A stretch of 64,000 bases of DNA from a virus (taxonomy: Duplodnaviria > Caudoviricetes): IMG/VR virus record IMGVR_UViG_3300020576_006644, positions 48,624 to 112,623 of that record, one strand, 5' to 3'. The notes under the pieces are model-generated. The model had not been told where the DNA came from and did no database searches. It saw nothing but the letters and a program-made list of their open reading frames with translations. Made by a program: the position numbers and the translations under genes. This document shows positions 36,470 through 45,821 of this stretch, piece after piece; the stretch's first letter is position 1; each line of letters begins with the position of its first letter.

Positions 36470-36576
36470 GGGAGTAGTGCTCTCGCCCGCAGAATCTGCC
36501 GATCGCGAGGTGGCAGTGGGTCCGACATACCCGTTCAGTTCTGCAGGTAGTGCGGGTTGGATTCCCGCGGCTCCCA
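36470..36576 (+). ncRNA. tRNA-like structured RNA (107 nt)
   Basis: Acceptor-like GGGAGT/GCTCCC-A, T-arm GCGGG-TTGGATT-CCCGC, internal GCAGAA/TTCTGC stem enclosing two hairpins. Confidence 0.6.
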
Positions 36577-36592
36577 CTAAAAGGAGGTTGTG

Positions 36593-36976
36593 ATGAAGAT
36601 TGATGAGATCAAAGTAGGCGATGTCCTTGTCCCGCGGCGTTGGCGCGAGGACGACTCTAGCGATCTTGTTTTCCTCGACGCGATGGGCGAGTTCTGTGAC
36701 AAGCCGCAGGTAGTGCGCGAGGTCGACAGGTGGGACGACACGATCAGCTTCGAGGGGTGCATCGTTGAGGGTTTGCACGCTTGGTGGCCGGTCAGCTTCG
36801 TCGAAAGGGTGCGCAGCTCCCCGGCCCAGCGCCTTGCGCGTATCCAGGCGGCGGTAGGTCGTCTCGCCGCTACTGCCTCCGGCCCCGACCGGCTGCTGCA
36901 GCTCCAGCGCAGGATGGTGCGGGCGACCAAGGCGGCTGCGGATCTGGTCGTTGAGGAAGTCGCCAAGATGGGTTAG
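36593..36976 (+). CDS. Hypothetical protein
   Basis: RBS AAGGAGGT. Confidence 0.6.
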   Translation: MKIDEIKVGDVLVPRRWREDDSSDLVFLDAMGEFCDKPQVVREVDRWDDTISFEGCIVEGLHAWWPVSFVERVRSSPAQRLARIQAAVGRLAATASGPDRLLQLQRRMVRATKAAADLVVEEVAKMG

Positions 36977-37133
36977 TCGTGACCGCTCGCATCATTGCTG
37001 TAGCGCTGTTCGGCGCGCTGCTCGGGTGGAACATCTCCCTTGAGCTGCGGCTGCGGGAGGTCGAGGCGGTGATCAACGTCCCGCTGCGGGCGCTCACCTC
37101 GGTGCCCGCGGTGCTGCGAAAGCTGGTGAAGCC

Positions 37134-37433
37134 GTGAGGATTGCTGAGGCTGAAATACGCATTACGGAAAAACAGCGGCACCCTTTTTACATGGGAGAAG
37201 CCCGGCCTTTTGGCGAGGAATATCCAGATTCCGAACCGTGCGAGGTCATCCTCAAGATCCGTGGGACTGTCGCCGAGTGCATGACCCTGTTTCAGATGCG
37301 CGGGCAGGACATCAACCCGCCGACTCGTGCCGCCGCACCCAAGGACCGGCAGCCTCCCGAGCAGGGCGAGCCGGAGGTGGTGGCTTGCGTGGTCGAGCAG
37401 CCCAAGGCGCTGCCGCCCAGGAGGGGAAAGTGA
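37134..37433 (+). CDS. Hypothetical protein
   Basis: GTGA-coupled. Confidence 0.5.
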   Translation: MRIAEAEIRITEKQRHPFYMGEARPFGEEYPDSEPCEVILKIRGTVAECMTLFQMRGQDINPPTRAAAPKDRQPPEQGEPEVVACVVEQPKALPPRRGK

Positions 37434-37894
37434 TCACCGTCGAACACGAGCCACCCGACTTGGCCGAACTGCACATCCAAGAGCGGTGCTGCTTCTGCCG
37501 GGAGTTCACTCGGTATTGGGTCGTCAACATGGACGTTGCCTGCTGCCAGCGCTGCGCCCGTTACGCCGATCCGACCGATGTTCCTTCTAAGGAGGTGTGG
37601 TGCCGGCGGGAGCGGATCGCCACGGCGGAGGACCGGCCGAGCGGCTGTAGGGGCCCCGTCATCCCAAAGCCACCGCTGGGGAAGCTGCTGAAGTGGTGCA
37701 TGAAGTGCCAGCAAAGGCCCTGCATCGGTGACGGCTGCGCCGAGCGCTACCGGCTCTTGGCCCGCTTCGGTGTTCTGCACGCCTATGCTGATCGCAGCGA
37801 CATCGAGGAACGAGAGGTCCACGCCCTGCAGGCGCAGCTGGCCGCCGTGGGAGTCGACACCGGGTGGGAGATCGCGCCCAGGAGGAAGAAGTGA
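37430..37894 (+). CDS. Cys-rich hypothetical protein
   Basis: Several CxxC; coupled. Confidence 0.55.
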   Translation: MITVEHEPPDLAELHIQERCCFCREFTRYWVVNMDVACCQRCARYADPTDVPSKEVWCRRERIATAEDRPSGCRGPVIPKPPLGKLLKWCMKCQQRPCIGDGCAERYRLLARFGVLHAYADRSDIEEREVHALQAQLAAVGVDTGWEIAPRRKK

Positions 37895-38087
37895 AGCGCG
37901 AGATCAAGCTGGGTCAAATCGGCGGTGTCCCCATTTACGCCGACCTCTGGCATCTCTTGACTGGTGCCGTAGTTGTCGGCCTCGGGCTATTGGCGATGTG
38001 GTGCTTGCCGGCCAACGCCGGACTTGGGGCTCGTTTTGCTGTCCGCACCATAACGATCGCTGCGATCTGTTTTGCTGCGAGGGATAA

Positions 38088-38732
38088 GTGAGCGCAGAGC
38101 ACCTCCACTCCTGCCCCCGCTGCCTCGGTGTCGAGAGCTGCGCCTCGCCGACCTGCCTCATGCGGGCCGACCTGTCAGATATTGAACACTTCGGCGACCC
38201 GCGCCGCTGCGCGCCCTGCCGCCGCGCCGGCCGCAGCTTCACGGCTGCCGAGGTAGCAGCAGCTGCTGGGTGCCGCTCTGCGGACGCAGCGGCTGCGGCC
38301 AAGCGCGGGGACGTTGACCTCGGGTCGCTGTCGTCGGTCGCCAAGTGGATCGAGCAGCGCCGCGCCGAGCTCGGGAGCTACGTAACCGGCGGGCTGCAGG
38401 CAGCGCTTCGGGAGCTGCGGCTCGCTGGCGGCTGCGCCCAGGATCTGGGGTTCGGGGTCTTTATGTGGCTCCCGCAGGGCGGTGGCTATCTCTATGCCGG
38501 GGAGCTGGCCGGTCCACTCAAGGAGCTGGCGCTGTCCAAGTCCCGCAGCGTTGTCCGGCTGCCGCTGCCGCCGTTCAGCGGGCTACTCACCGAGCTGTGG
38601 CGCCGGTGCGAGACCGGGCCCGGTTATGACGCGGAGTCGGCCGCGCTTCGGCGGCGCTTGGGGGAGGTCATCGGCCACGACGATCCGGTGCTGTGCCGCT
38701 TGCAGGTAAGGGCGGCGAGGAGAAAGTCTTGA
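38088..38732 (+). CDS. Zn-finger + HTH-like protein
   Basis: CxxC clusters, then FTAAEVAAAAG...DLGSLSSVAKW. Confidence 0.55.
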   Translation: MSAEHLHSCPRCLGVESCASPTCLMRADLSDIEHFGDPRRCAPCRRAGRSFTAAEVAAAAGCRSADAAAAAKRGDVDLGSLSSVAKWIEQRRAELGSYVTGGLQAALRELRLAGGCAQDLGFGVFMWLPQGGGYLYAGELAGPLKELALSKSRSVVRLPLPPFSGLLTELWRRCETGPGYDAESAALRRRLGEVIGHDDPVLCRLQVRAARRKS

Positions 38733-38881
38733 GCAAGATATCGTTTATGTACCTTGGGATGGCTACTTACGCTCTTTTGACAGCAGCCACCACGACAACT
38801 GTAAACCCGTTTTTGGAAGTGTGTGTAGCTGTGGCGTTAATCATCGTAGCCTTTGCGCTGCGTAAGAAGGATGAGTAGAGA

Positions 38882-39091
38882 ATGGATGAAGATCTTGACG
38901 AACTGGTTTTAGCCGCCCGCAAAAAGCGAGCCGCGACGCGCGAGAGTATCATCCCGAACGCTGATCGTTATATCGAGCAGCTCATGGACAGCGTACCCAA
39001 GGAGCCGGAGCCGAAAAGTCTCTTTGAGAAGGGACAGCGGGCGAAGTGGGCCGAGGTGCGCAGCCTCCCGGTCTACCGTAGCCGGGACTGA
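38882..39091 (+). CDS. Hypothetical protein
   Basis: ORF track. Confidence 0.45.
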   Translation: MDEDLDELVLAARKKRAATRESIIPNADRYIEQLMDSVPKEPEPKSLFEKGQRAKWAEVRSLPVYRSRD

Positions 39092-39109
39092 GCAAACTTT
39101 CAGGATTGC
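39088..39109 (+). promoter_or_regulatory. LexA-box-like operator fused to -35
   Basis: CTGAGC-AAAC-TTTCAG-GATTGC. Confidence 0.6.
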
Positions 39110-39141
39110 GCTGTAGATCGGTGTCGGGCTACACGATGATA

Positions 39142-39357
39142 ATGAAAAACAAGCTGATCGCTTTGCTGTTAGTTTTATGTGGCTGCCCGGAGCACGAGTA
39201 CCAGTCTTCGGCTCCTGATTGCCGCGACACGGCGATCGCGATTCCCGCAAGCGGTGAAAAGGTGTCTTGCGAGCACGCTGAACAGGAGATGTCTGTGATC
39301 AAGGTAGACGGGCGGGAGTTTCTTCAGTGCATCTGCCGCCGTTACTACCGTCTTTAG
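39142..39357 (+). CDS. Small Cys-rich lipoprotein
   Basis: MKNKLIALLLVLCGC signal/lipobox. Confidence 0.55.
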   Translation: MKNKLIALLLVLCGCPEHEYQSSAPDCRDTAIAIPASGEKVSCEHAEQEMSVIKVDGREFLQCICRRYYRL

Positions 39358-39385
39358 AGTAAACAACCAACAAGGAGGACGAACG

Positions 39386-40408
39386 ATGTGGGTATTCGTA
39401 ATTAGCAGGAAGATCACCGGGGCGTTTACGGTTGAGCAGGAGCTGAACGCGCTCAACGCCGACTTCCCCAAGAACGTGTTCAAGCACGTCGGCAAGACGC
39501 GGGCGCTGGTCATGGTGCCAGTGGATGGCGACCCCCTGATCGAGGAGATCCAGCTGCTGGCCGACAACCCCCGCCTCGTGCCGGGAGGCGCTTCGCTGGC
39601 GTGGTTCCAGGAGGACCTGCGGGAGGACATCCTGCGCACCATTGAGGAGAACGAGGTGAAGAAGAAGTCCACTGACGACCTCAAGGAAGAGGCGATGAGT
39701 GGGTTTGCTGATCTCCTTGACGGCATGGGGACGCTGCGCGGCTTCGCGCGCCGTCTGCCCGAGGACCTCAAGCAGCAGATGCGGGACCACGCCAAGAAGT
39801 GCACGGACCCCGACTGCGGCGTTAGTCGCATCCTCGGCGAGGAGGACAAGGGCGAGAAGGCGGACGTGGCGCCGACCGGCGGCGGACCGTTCCATGTGGG
39901 CGACATCGTCCGGGTGCGGAAGTGGGAGGGTCGCGTCGAGGGCCTACTTTGGCGTGATGAAAATGGCCTGGGGATGGAGTCCCTTCTCGATAAGGACTTG
40001 ATCATCTCCAGCATTCAAACGGGCGACGAGCCGGGCAAGTTCGTTGCCGACTTTGAGGGGGTTCTTCCGTACGTCATCCCCACCTCCCAGCTCGATCTCG
40101 TCCGCCGCCCCAGCTCCGAGCCTGCGCCGGCCGCCGCCCCCGATGCGTTCTTCGCACCCGGCGACACGGTCTACGTCCGCGAATGGGAAGGGTATTGTCC
40201 GCGGGACGAGTACTTCGAGATGTCTTTTGAGCCTGACATGAAGGCCGCCATCGGATCTCCTCAGAAGGTGCAGTGTGTGACTGGAGGTGCTGTGGAGCTG
40301 GAGGGGTTCCCGAAACGTGGCTGGCCGTTTGTTCACGTCTCGAAGACCCCGTGGACCACTGAGCCCACCAACACCCCGACCACCCCCGACTCGCCGCAGC
40401 AGCCGTAA
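39386..40408 (+). CDS. Hypothetical protein with two similar C-terminal beta domains
   Basis: RBS AAGGAGG; F..GD.V.VR.WEG occurs twice. Confidence 0.7.
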   Translation: MWVFVISRKITGAFTVEQELNALNADFPKNVFKHVGKTRALVMVPVDGDPLIEEIQLLADNPRLVPGGASLAWFQEDLREDILRTIEENEVKKKSTDDLKEEAMSGFADLLDGMGTLRGFARRLPEDLKQQMRDHAKKCTDPDCGVSRILGEEDKGEKADVAPTGGGPFHVGDIVRVRKWEGRVEGLLWRDENGLGMESLLDKDLIISSIQTGDEPGKFVADFEGVLPYVIPTSQLDLVRRPSSEPAPAAAPDAFFAPGDTVYVREWEGYCPRDEYFEMSFEPDMKAAIGSPQKVQCVTGGAVELEGFPKRGWPFVHVSKTPWTTEPTNTPTTPDSPQQP

Positions 40409-40431
40409 TCCCCCTACAATTTGCGCACACC

Positions 40432-40686
40432 GTGCGCACCTTCAGCCTCCTCCCCCCTAAAACGAATCCCCGGTCCGTCATCGCCGAGCACCGCGAGCGC
40501 GGGCCGCGCCGCTACCACTACACCGCGGCGCTTGTCGCCGAGCTGGCCGGGGCGCCGCTGTCCGCTGTCCGCCGCGCCGCCGCCAAGGTCCCCGGCCGCG
40601 AGCCGCTGCTCGACTTGCGGTCGCTGCGCAGCGTCATTGCCTGGGTCTCCCGGCAGCGGGCATGCCGCGGGCTTGGTGCGCTGTGA
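40432..40686 (+). CDS. Small HTH-like protein
   Basis: YTAALVAELAG...DLRSLRSVIAW. Confidence 0.5.
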   Translation: MRTFSLLPPKTNPRSVIAEHRERGPRRYHYTAALVAELAGAPLSAVRRAAAKVPGREPLLDLRSLRSVIAWVSRQRACRGLGAL

Positions 40687-41753
40687 CCGCCAGCAAGCGA
40701 GACCAGCGGGAGGAGCGGACCTTCGACAGGGCCGTGGAGCTGCTCGACACCTACCCAGGCGACTTCCCCGAGGTCAGGCGGCAGCTGCAGGCCGAGGTGC
40801 AGCGCATGCGAGGGAAGGCCGGCGAAGATCTCGACATCACCAGCGAGCAGCAGCTCAAGACTTGGTGGGAGCAGGGCCTTGTCCGCCAGGTCCGCCTGCG
40901 GGCCGTGGTCGCTCGCCCACCTATTAAGGAGACGATCGCCGACCGGCAGTTGACGGCCCGGGAGCGAACGAAGCAGCGAGTGCCGAGGACGTTCGACCGC
41001 GCTGCTGAGCTGCTCAAGCAGCAGCCAGGGCAGTTCGAGCGCGTGGCGGCGGCGCTCGGCGGCGAGCTCAAGGCCCGGGACCTGGAGCCGGTGGACGCCG
41101 AGCAGCTGCGAGCCTGGTGGGCGCGCGGGCTGCAGGAGCCGGACGGTGATGGGGGCTTCAGGCAGGTCCGGCCGCCTATCAGCGACGAGGTGCAGAACCA
41201 CATCGCCCTGCGCGAGGAGCAGGCGGACGCCGAGGCGCAGACCCTGCGGCGGCGGCTGAAGGCCGACGCGGCGCTCAACGGGCTCAAGGCCATCGGCGTC
41301 CTGGCCATGGAGCAGGAGCAGATCCGGCGGCTGCGGGCGGAGATGACCGGCGCCGGCAACAAGGGGGTGGGTCTGGACAAGGTGGCCCTGGCCCTCATGC
41401 GCGGCATCGCCGACGACCTGGAGGATGCGGAGCTCAGCCCCGAGAAGAAGTACGACTGGCTCATGCGAATACTCAAGCTGCAGCAGGCCCTCATGGCGGC
41501 GCAATCGAGCGTCATCACCACCGAGGCCCTCATCGGTGGCGGCGACCGGACCATGATCCTCGGTCTGTCGGTGGGCGGGATGCCGGTCGGCGGCGGCAAG
41601 GACGCCTCAAGCACAGGCAGCGACGGGGAGGCGATCTCCAGCGCGGACCTGCGGCAGCGGGCGCTGGAGGTGGCCAGCTACATGGAGGACCTGGACCGGC
41701 TGTCGCAGGGTATCGAGTCGGCGATCGAGGCGGAGGTGGCGGCGGAAGGCTAG
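40683..41753 (+). CDS. Helical protein with internal duplication; candidate terminase small subunit
   Basis: RTFDRA.ELL...PG.F...QL..WW..GL twice, then coiled coil; TerS role is inference only. Confidence 0.4.
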   Translation: MTASKRDQREERTFDRAVELLDTYPGDFPEVRRQLQAEVQRMRGKAGEDLDITSEQQLKTWWEQGLVRQVRLRAVVARPPIKETIADRQLTARERTKQRVPRTFDRAAELLKQQPGQFERVAAALGGELKARDLEPVDAEQLRAWWARGLQEPDGDGGFRQVRPPISDEVQNHIALREEQADAEAQTLRRRLKADAALNGLKAIGVLAMEQEQIRRLRAEMTGAGNKGVGLDKVALALMRGIADDLEDAELSPEKKYDWLMRILKLQQALMAAQSSVITTEALIGGGDRTMILGLSVGGMPVGGGKDASSTGSDGEAISSADLRQRALEVASYMEDLDRLSQGIESAIEAEVAAEG

Positions 41754-41971
41754 TTCTCGAAACCGAGCGCCTTGCGGATCTTGCGCTTTGTGGACTCGGG
41801 CGGGGTCGGCTTACCCTTGTCCCAGCTGGCCTTGGTCCCGACCGGAGATCCTTTCGGGGCCGCTTCGATCTCGATGTACTGCTTCTTGGCCTTGTCTTCG
41901 TTGGGTTTCTCCGCATGGACCAGAGGTAGGAGGGAAAGCAGGAGTGCGTAGACGATGATCGTTTTTTGCAT
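41750..41971 (-). CDS. Small secreted protein
   Basis: Signal peptide MQKTIIVYALLLSLLPLVHA; operator half-site GCAATCCTGAAC at 42018. Confidence 0.55.
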   Translation of the reverse strand: MQKTIIVYALLLSLLPLVHAEKPNEDKAKKQYIEIEAAPKGSPVGTKASWDKGKPTPPESTKRKIRKALGFEN

Positions 41972-42074
41972 GGTGTGATCCTTTCGCAAAATACATCACC
42001 CGATCTGCGTGCTGCTGGCAATCCTGAACATCCGTCTTTAGGCCGCCGGGGCGGCGCCGCCCTATCCTCGTGGC

Positions 42075-42401
42075 ATGCCGGTCTTCCAAGCGTACGTAGA
42101 TGTGTCCGACGATGCCTACCCCACCGACCCGCAGGTGGTCATACCATTCACGCCCGACAGCTTCCTCTTTATTAACCAGGGAGGGAGCGACGACGGGGCG
42201 GATACCCCGAGCGTGGTGCAGATCGCCTTCGACTCGGTGCGCAGGCACCCGGACAGCAGCCTTGTCGACGACTGCAGCGTGGACGTGAGCGGCCCGGGGC
42301 AGTCGCTGGCCGTCAACGAGCGGGCGACGCGGGTGTTCCTGCGCAACGTCGACAGCGGGGCCGGTACCACCATCAAGATCATCGCGAACAAGGCCAAGTA
42401 G
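42075..42401 (+). CDS. Hypothetical (possible virion) protein
   Basis: TATCCT-6-ATG leaderless start; beta-rich. Confidence 0.6.
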   Translation: MPVFQAYVDVSDDAYPTDPQVVIPFTPDSFLFINQGGSDDGADTPSVVQIAFDSVRRHPDSSLVDDCSVDVSGPGQSLAVNERATRVFLRNVDSGAGTTIKIIANKAK

Positions 42402-42971
42402 ATGGCGGGCCTAGCAGAAATAGGCGGTGGTGGCGTTCCGGCGACGGGCTCCACCGTGGTGCTCGCCGGAGATGCGGTGGGGAACTCCGCCTCGAATACG
42501 GTGGTGAGGATCCGCAACAACCCGGTGGGGGCCGGCGTCCTTGGACCGGGAGATGCGGGGAAGTTCCTGCGCTGGGACGGGGTGGAGTGGGCCGCCGCGG
42601 CCGTGGCCATCCCCGGCTTGACTGTGACCGGGGAGCTGGCCGCGCTCACCGCGCCGAACACGTTCGTGTCCCGGCTGGCTGCTGGACTTACCGCACACGA
42701 CGGTACCGAGGCCAGCGCCGCCGCGCTCCTCGGCGGCGGGATGTGCGTGGTAGGGGGTGCGGCAGCGGCGACCGTTGAGTACTACCCGCCGGGCCGGCTC
42801 GCTCCGGTGGGCGCGACGGGCTGGACCCAGGATGTGCCGCTGTTTCCCAACGCTGTCGGCGGGATGGTCCCGCGCGGCGACGCCACGCTGACGGGGATCT
42901 TCAGCCGCGAGTGCGGCGTCTACGACGGGGTTTATCTGGCGGTGTCTATCGGCCAGGTGGAGGGATTTTGA
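42402..42971 (+). CDS. Gly/Ala-rich tail-fibre-like N-terminal protein
   Basis: LAGD..G....NTV..IRN.PV...GKFLRWDG..W pattern. Confidence 0.5.
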   Translation: MAGLAEIGGGGVPATGSTVVLAGDAVGNSASNTVVRIRNNPVGAGVLGPGDAGKFLRWDGVEWAAAAVAIPGLTVTGELAALTAPNTFVSRLAAGLTAHDGTEASAAALLGGGMCVVGGAAAATVEYYPPGRLAPVGATGWTQDVPLFPNAVGGMVPRGDATLTGIFSRECGVYDGVYLAVSIGQVEGF

Positions 42972-44176
42972 TGAAAAAGCTGTTTCTAGTCGCAGCCGCC
43001 GCACTGTTCGCACTCGCTGCACCCGCAGGTGGTCAAACCATCGTGCGCTGCCGCACCTCGGGCGGCTCCGCGATCGACTGCACGGCACCCCTCGGCAATT
43101 CCTATGTCAACTGGGCCTCCCCAGGCGCTATCGGCAGCGTGACGCCGGCGGCGGTCACAGCGACCACGTTCACAGGCAGCGGGTCCGGGCTGACCAGCGT
43201 TCCGGCTGCCTCCGTCACGGGGTCGCTGTTCGGCGTCACGATCAACTGCAGCAGCAACACCTGCAGCAACATCGCCAACGCCTCCCTGACAAACAGCTCG
43301 ATCACGCTCAGCTGCACCGGCTTGTCGGGGTGCGGGACCGTGGCGCTCGGGGCGACCATCTCGCCGGCGGTCGTCTACGGGACCGGGAGCAACACGGCGA
43401 CGCAGGGAAACGACACGCGGCTGCCTCCTGCGCCAACGGCCGCGAACAAGCTGCTTTATGATACCGGTAGCGCCTACGCTGAGACTGCGGCCTGCAGCTC
43501 GGCCAGCACGGTCTTGGTGGGTGGGTCTCCTCCTGCCTGCGCCGCCGTCCCAGATGCAGCGCTGTCAGCAAACATCGTCACGCTGACGGGCTCGCAGATT
43601 CTCACAAACAAGACCCTGAACTGCGCTAACAACACATGCACGGTGCGGCTCGGTTCAGATGTGAGCGGCACGCTGCCGAAGGCAAACGGCGGATTCGGCC
43701 AGAGCGTCGCCTCAGGGCTTACTTTCGGGCAAGGCGTTTACGTTGACTCGTCCGGCGTACTGCAAATTGGGAATGTTCCCTTCGAGTTCGATCTCTCCTT
43801 CTACGGAGGAACCACAACCAATGAGTATGCTATCTATCCCGGCAACGGGACAACGGTTCAGCTGTCCGCGGTCGGCACCCCGCTGTTTCAGTCCGTGGCG
43901 GCAGGAACCTGCTTTCTGCTGACCGCTCAGTCGGACACGCCGAGTAGCGGAACCGTCACCTACCGCCTTCGTAAGTCCACAAACAAAGGTGGGTCATGGA
44001 GCGACCTTTCGACCTCTGTGACCTGCAGCTACACCAACGGAACCACGACTTGCAGTGACACGACCAACCTCGGGGTTATCGCTGCTGGCGATTGGATCCA
44101 ACCCACGGTGCAATGGACCGTCTCGAATGGGCTTGGGTACTTCGGGGGGGTGCGGTTCAAATGTCGCTACAACTGA
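42971..44176 (+). CDS. Thr/Ser/Gly/Cys-rich fibre-like protein with Sec signal peptide
   Basis: MKKLFLVAAAALFALAAPAGG; FTGSGSGLT, LTNKTL, GTLPKANGG fibre-type repeats. Confidence 0.65.
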   Translation: MKKLFLVAAAALFALAAPAGGQTIVRCRTSGGSAIDCTAPLGNSYVNWASPGAIGSVTPAAVTATTFTGSGSGLTSVPAASVTGSLFGVTINCSSNTCSNIANASLTNSSITLSCTGLSGCGTVALGATISPAVVYGTGSNTATQGNDTRLPPAPTAANKLLYDTGSAYAETAACSSASTVLVGGSPPACAAVPDAALSANIVTLTGSQILTNKTLNCANNTCTVRLGSDVSGTLPKANGGFGQSVASGLTFGQGVYVDSSGVLQIGNVPFEFDLSFYGGTTTNEYAIYPGNGTTVQLSAVGTPLFQSVAAGTCFLLTAQSDTPSSGTVTYRLRKSTNKGGSWSDLSTSVTCSYTNGTTTCSDTTNLGVIAAGDWIQPTVQWTVSNGLGYFGGVRFKCRYN

Positions 44177-44742
44177 CAGTGCGCGTATCTGCGATCGTTT
44201 CATTGCTCGCAGGATGCGGAATTTACGCCCCAGACACGCTTGACGGCAGCCCGCGGTGGAGCCTTGATCGGCCCTTCTTCATCGACGTGTCCTCGACTAT
44301 GCCGAAGGCGCAGTTAGTGCTGGATGGCATGCGCCGGGCCATTGGCCACGCCGGTGGCACCACCACGGTGGACGAGGGTTCCGTCCAGGTCATCACGTTG
44401 ATCGACACCGACGGATCGTACTGCCAAAAGAAGGGCGTCGAGGCATTCGCCGCGCTCCCGGCGAGCGGCAAGATCTACTTCTGTCACAGCTCGCTCGTCC
44501 TATCGAGCTATACCATCCACGAACTGGACGACATTACCACCCATGAGCTTGGGCACGTCCTGGCCAACCGCGGCTTTCACTTGGGCGGAGAGCCCGATCC
44601 GGGCGACTGCCCGTCGCACGCGATCATGGCCTCAAATCGCACCTGTCGCACTTCGGTCGAATACACCTCCGAGGATCGTGACTACATCTGCAACTCGCAC
44701 AATGTCACCGGGGGAATTTGCAACCCTGGGAGGTCTACATAA
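44161..44742 (+). CDS. Metzincin-like zinc metalloprotease lipoprotein
   Basis: Lipobox LLAGC; HELGHVLANRGFH and AIM Met-turn. Confidence 0.75.
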   Translation: MSLQLTVRVSAIVSLLAGCGIYAPDTLDGSPRWSLDRPFFIDVSSTMPKAQLVLDGMRRAIGHAGGTTTVDEGSVQVITLIDTDGSYCQKKGVEAFAALPASGKIYFCHSSLVLSSYTIHELDDITTHELGHVLANRGFHLGGEPDPGDCPSHAIMASNRTCRTSVEYTSEDRDYICNSHNVTGGICNPGRST

Positions 44743-44903
44743 GCCAGCCCTGACTGCGGGGACAGCTGGTCCCGCTTCCAGGACTTCGACATCGACACCA
44801 CCTCCGGCTACACGGGCCTTGCCCAGAACGGCGGCCTCACCGTGTTCGCCGACCGCGCCGGGGAGTCCGAGATCTGGGGCTACCCGGTGAAAGGACCCCC
44901 GCT

Positions 44904-45317
44904 GTGAACCTCACCGAGCTGTTCAACTTCCTCTCGAACCTCAACCCCTGGTCGGTCCTGGGCCTGGCCATCGTGTGCGCCACCTACGCCTACACCCAGC
45001 GCTCGCGCGAGCGGCACCACGACAAGCGGCTGGCGTTCATCGCCCACCCAGGCCGGACCCCGGAGCAGCTGGCGGCCCTGGCTGGCTACCCGCTCCCGCC
45101 ACCGATCAAGGAGCCGTCCAGCGGCAAGCTCGCCGCCCTCATGCTGCTCCTGTTCACCTCGGCCTTGGCCTACCGCGCTGGTGAGGGGGTGGTGCTGGCG
45201 CGGCTGCAGCAGGCGGTGCCGACTGGCCTCTTTGCCCAGAAGAAGGCTCCGATCGGCGACTTTCAAGCCGACCTTCGGCCGGACGGTTTGCCGGTCGGCA
45301 CGCTGGTTAGCAGGTAG
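44904..45317 (+). CDS. Two-TM membrane protein (holin-like?)
   Basis: Two hydrophobic segments; RBS AAGGA. Confidence 0.5.
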   Translation: MNLTELFNFLSNLNPWSVLGLAIVCATYAYTQRSRERHHDKRLAFIAHPGRTPEQLAALAGYPLPPPIKEPSSGKLAALMLLLFTSALAYRAGEGVVLARLQQAVPTGLFAQKKAPIGDFQADLRPDGLPVGTLVSR

Positions 45318-45478
45318 ATCCGTGTGTTCAAGCAACGCGGAATGCGTAAAGCCTGCCGTATGTAGGAATGGTGTGTGTCAGACGGTAGCGGTGGAAGCGG
45401 AAGCAGACGCGGTAAAGCCTGATCCTTTGGTGTGCGAGGATCAGGCGTCGATTAAGACCGCCGATCGTGAAATTGGTC

Positions 45479-45817
45479 TTACCAGAGCTGATTTATAATC
45501 GCTTCCACAGACGATCTTTTCATACCTAAACCACCACAATCAAGAATGTAGTCAAACTGCGCCATCGCGCGGCCTACGTCTCCTTTTTTGTTCCACACGT
45601 CAATAATGCGTTTACCTAATTCGTCGCAACTAAATCCGTTAGGATGCGACGCGAGCATGCAAAAATCGGCGCTGTCAGGATGTTTGAAGTACAGCGCGTG
45701 CGTGTCTGCTTCCTTTAGAACTCGCACCTGAAATGATCCGTTGACGTGCTCTTTTAGGCGAAGTACCTCATGGTTATTAGAAGGAAGAATAGATCCGCCT
45801 ACATTCGCTTTTGCCAT
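45479..45817 (-). CDS. Hypothetical protein (AT-richer island)
   Basis: ORF track. Confidence 0.6.
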   Translation of the reverse strand: MAKANVGGSILPSNNHEVLRLKEHVNGSFQVRVLKEADTHALYFKHPDSADFCMLASHPNGFSCDELGKRIIDVWNKKGDVGRAMAQFDYILDCGGLGMKRSSVEAIINQLW

Positions 45818-45821
45818 AGTC

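Noticed and set aside
36470-36576. Canonical tRNA or tmRNA
   Set aside because: No D-arm, no U33 anticodon loop, no G3-U70 pair and too short for a tag reading frame; kept only as tRNA-like
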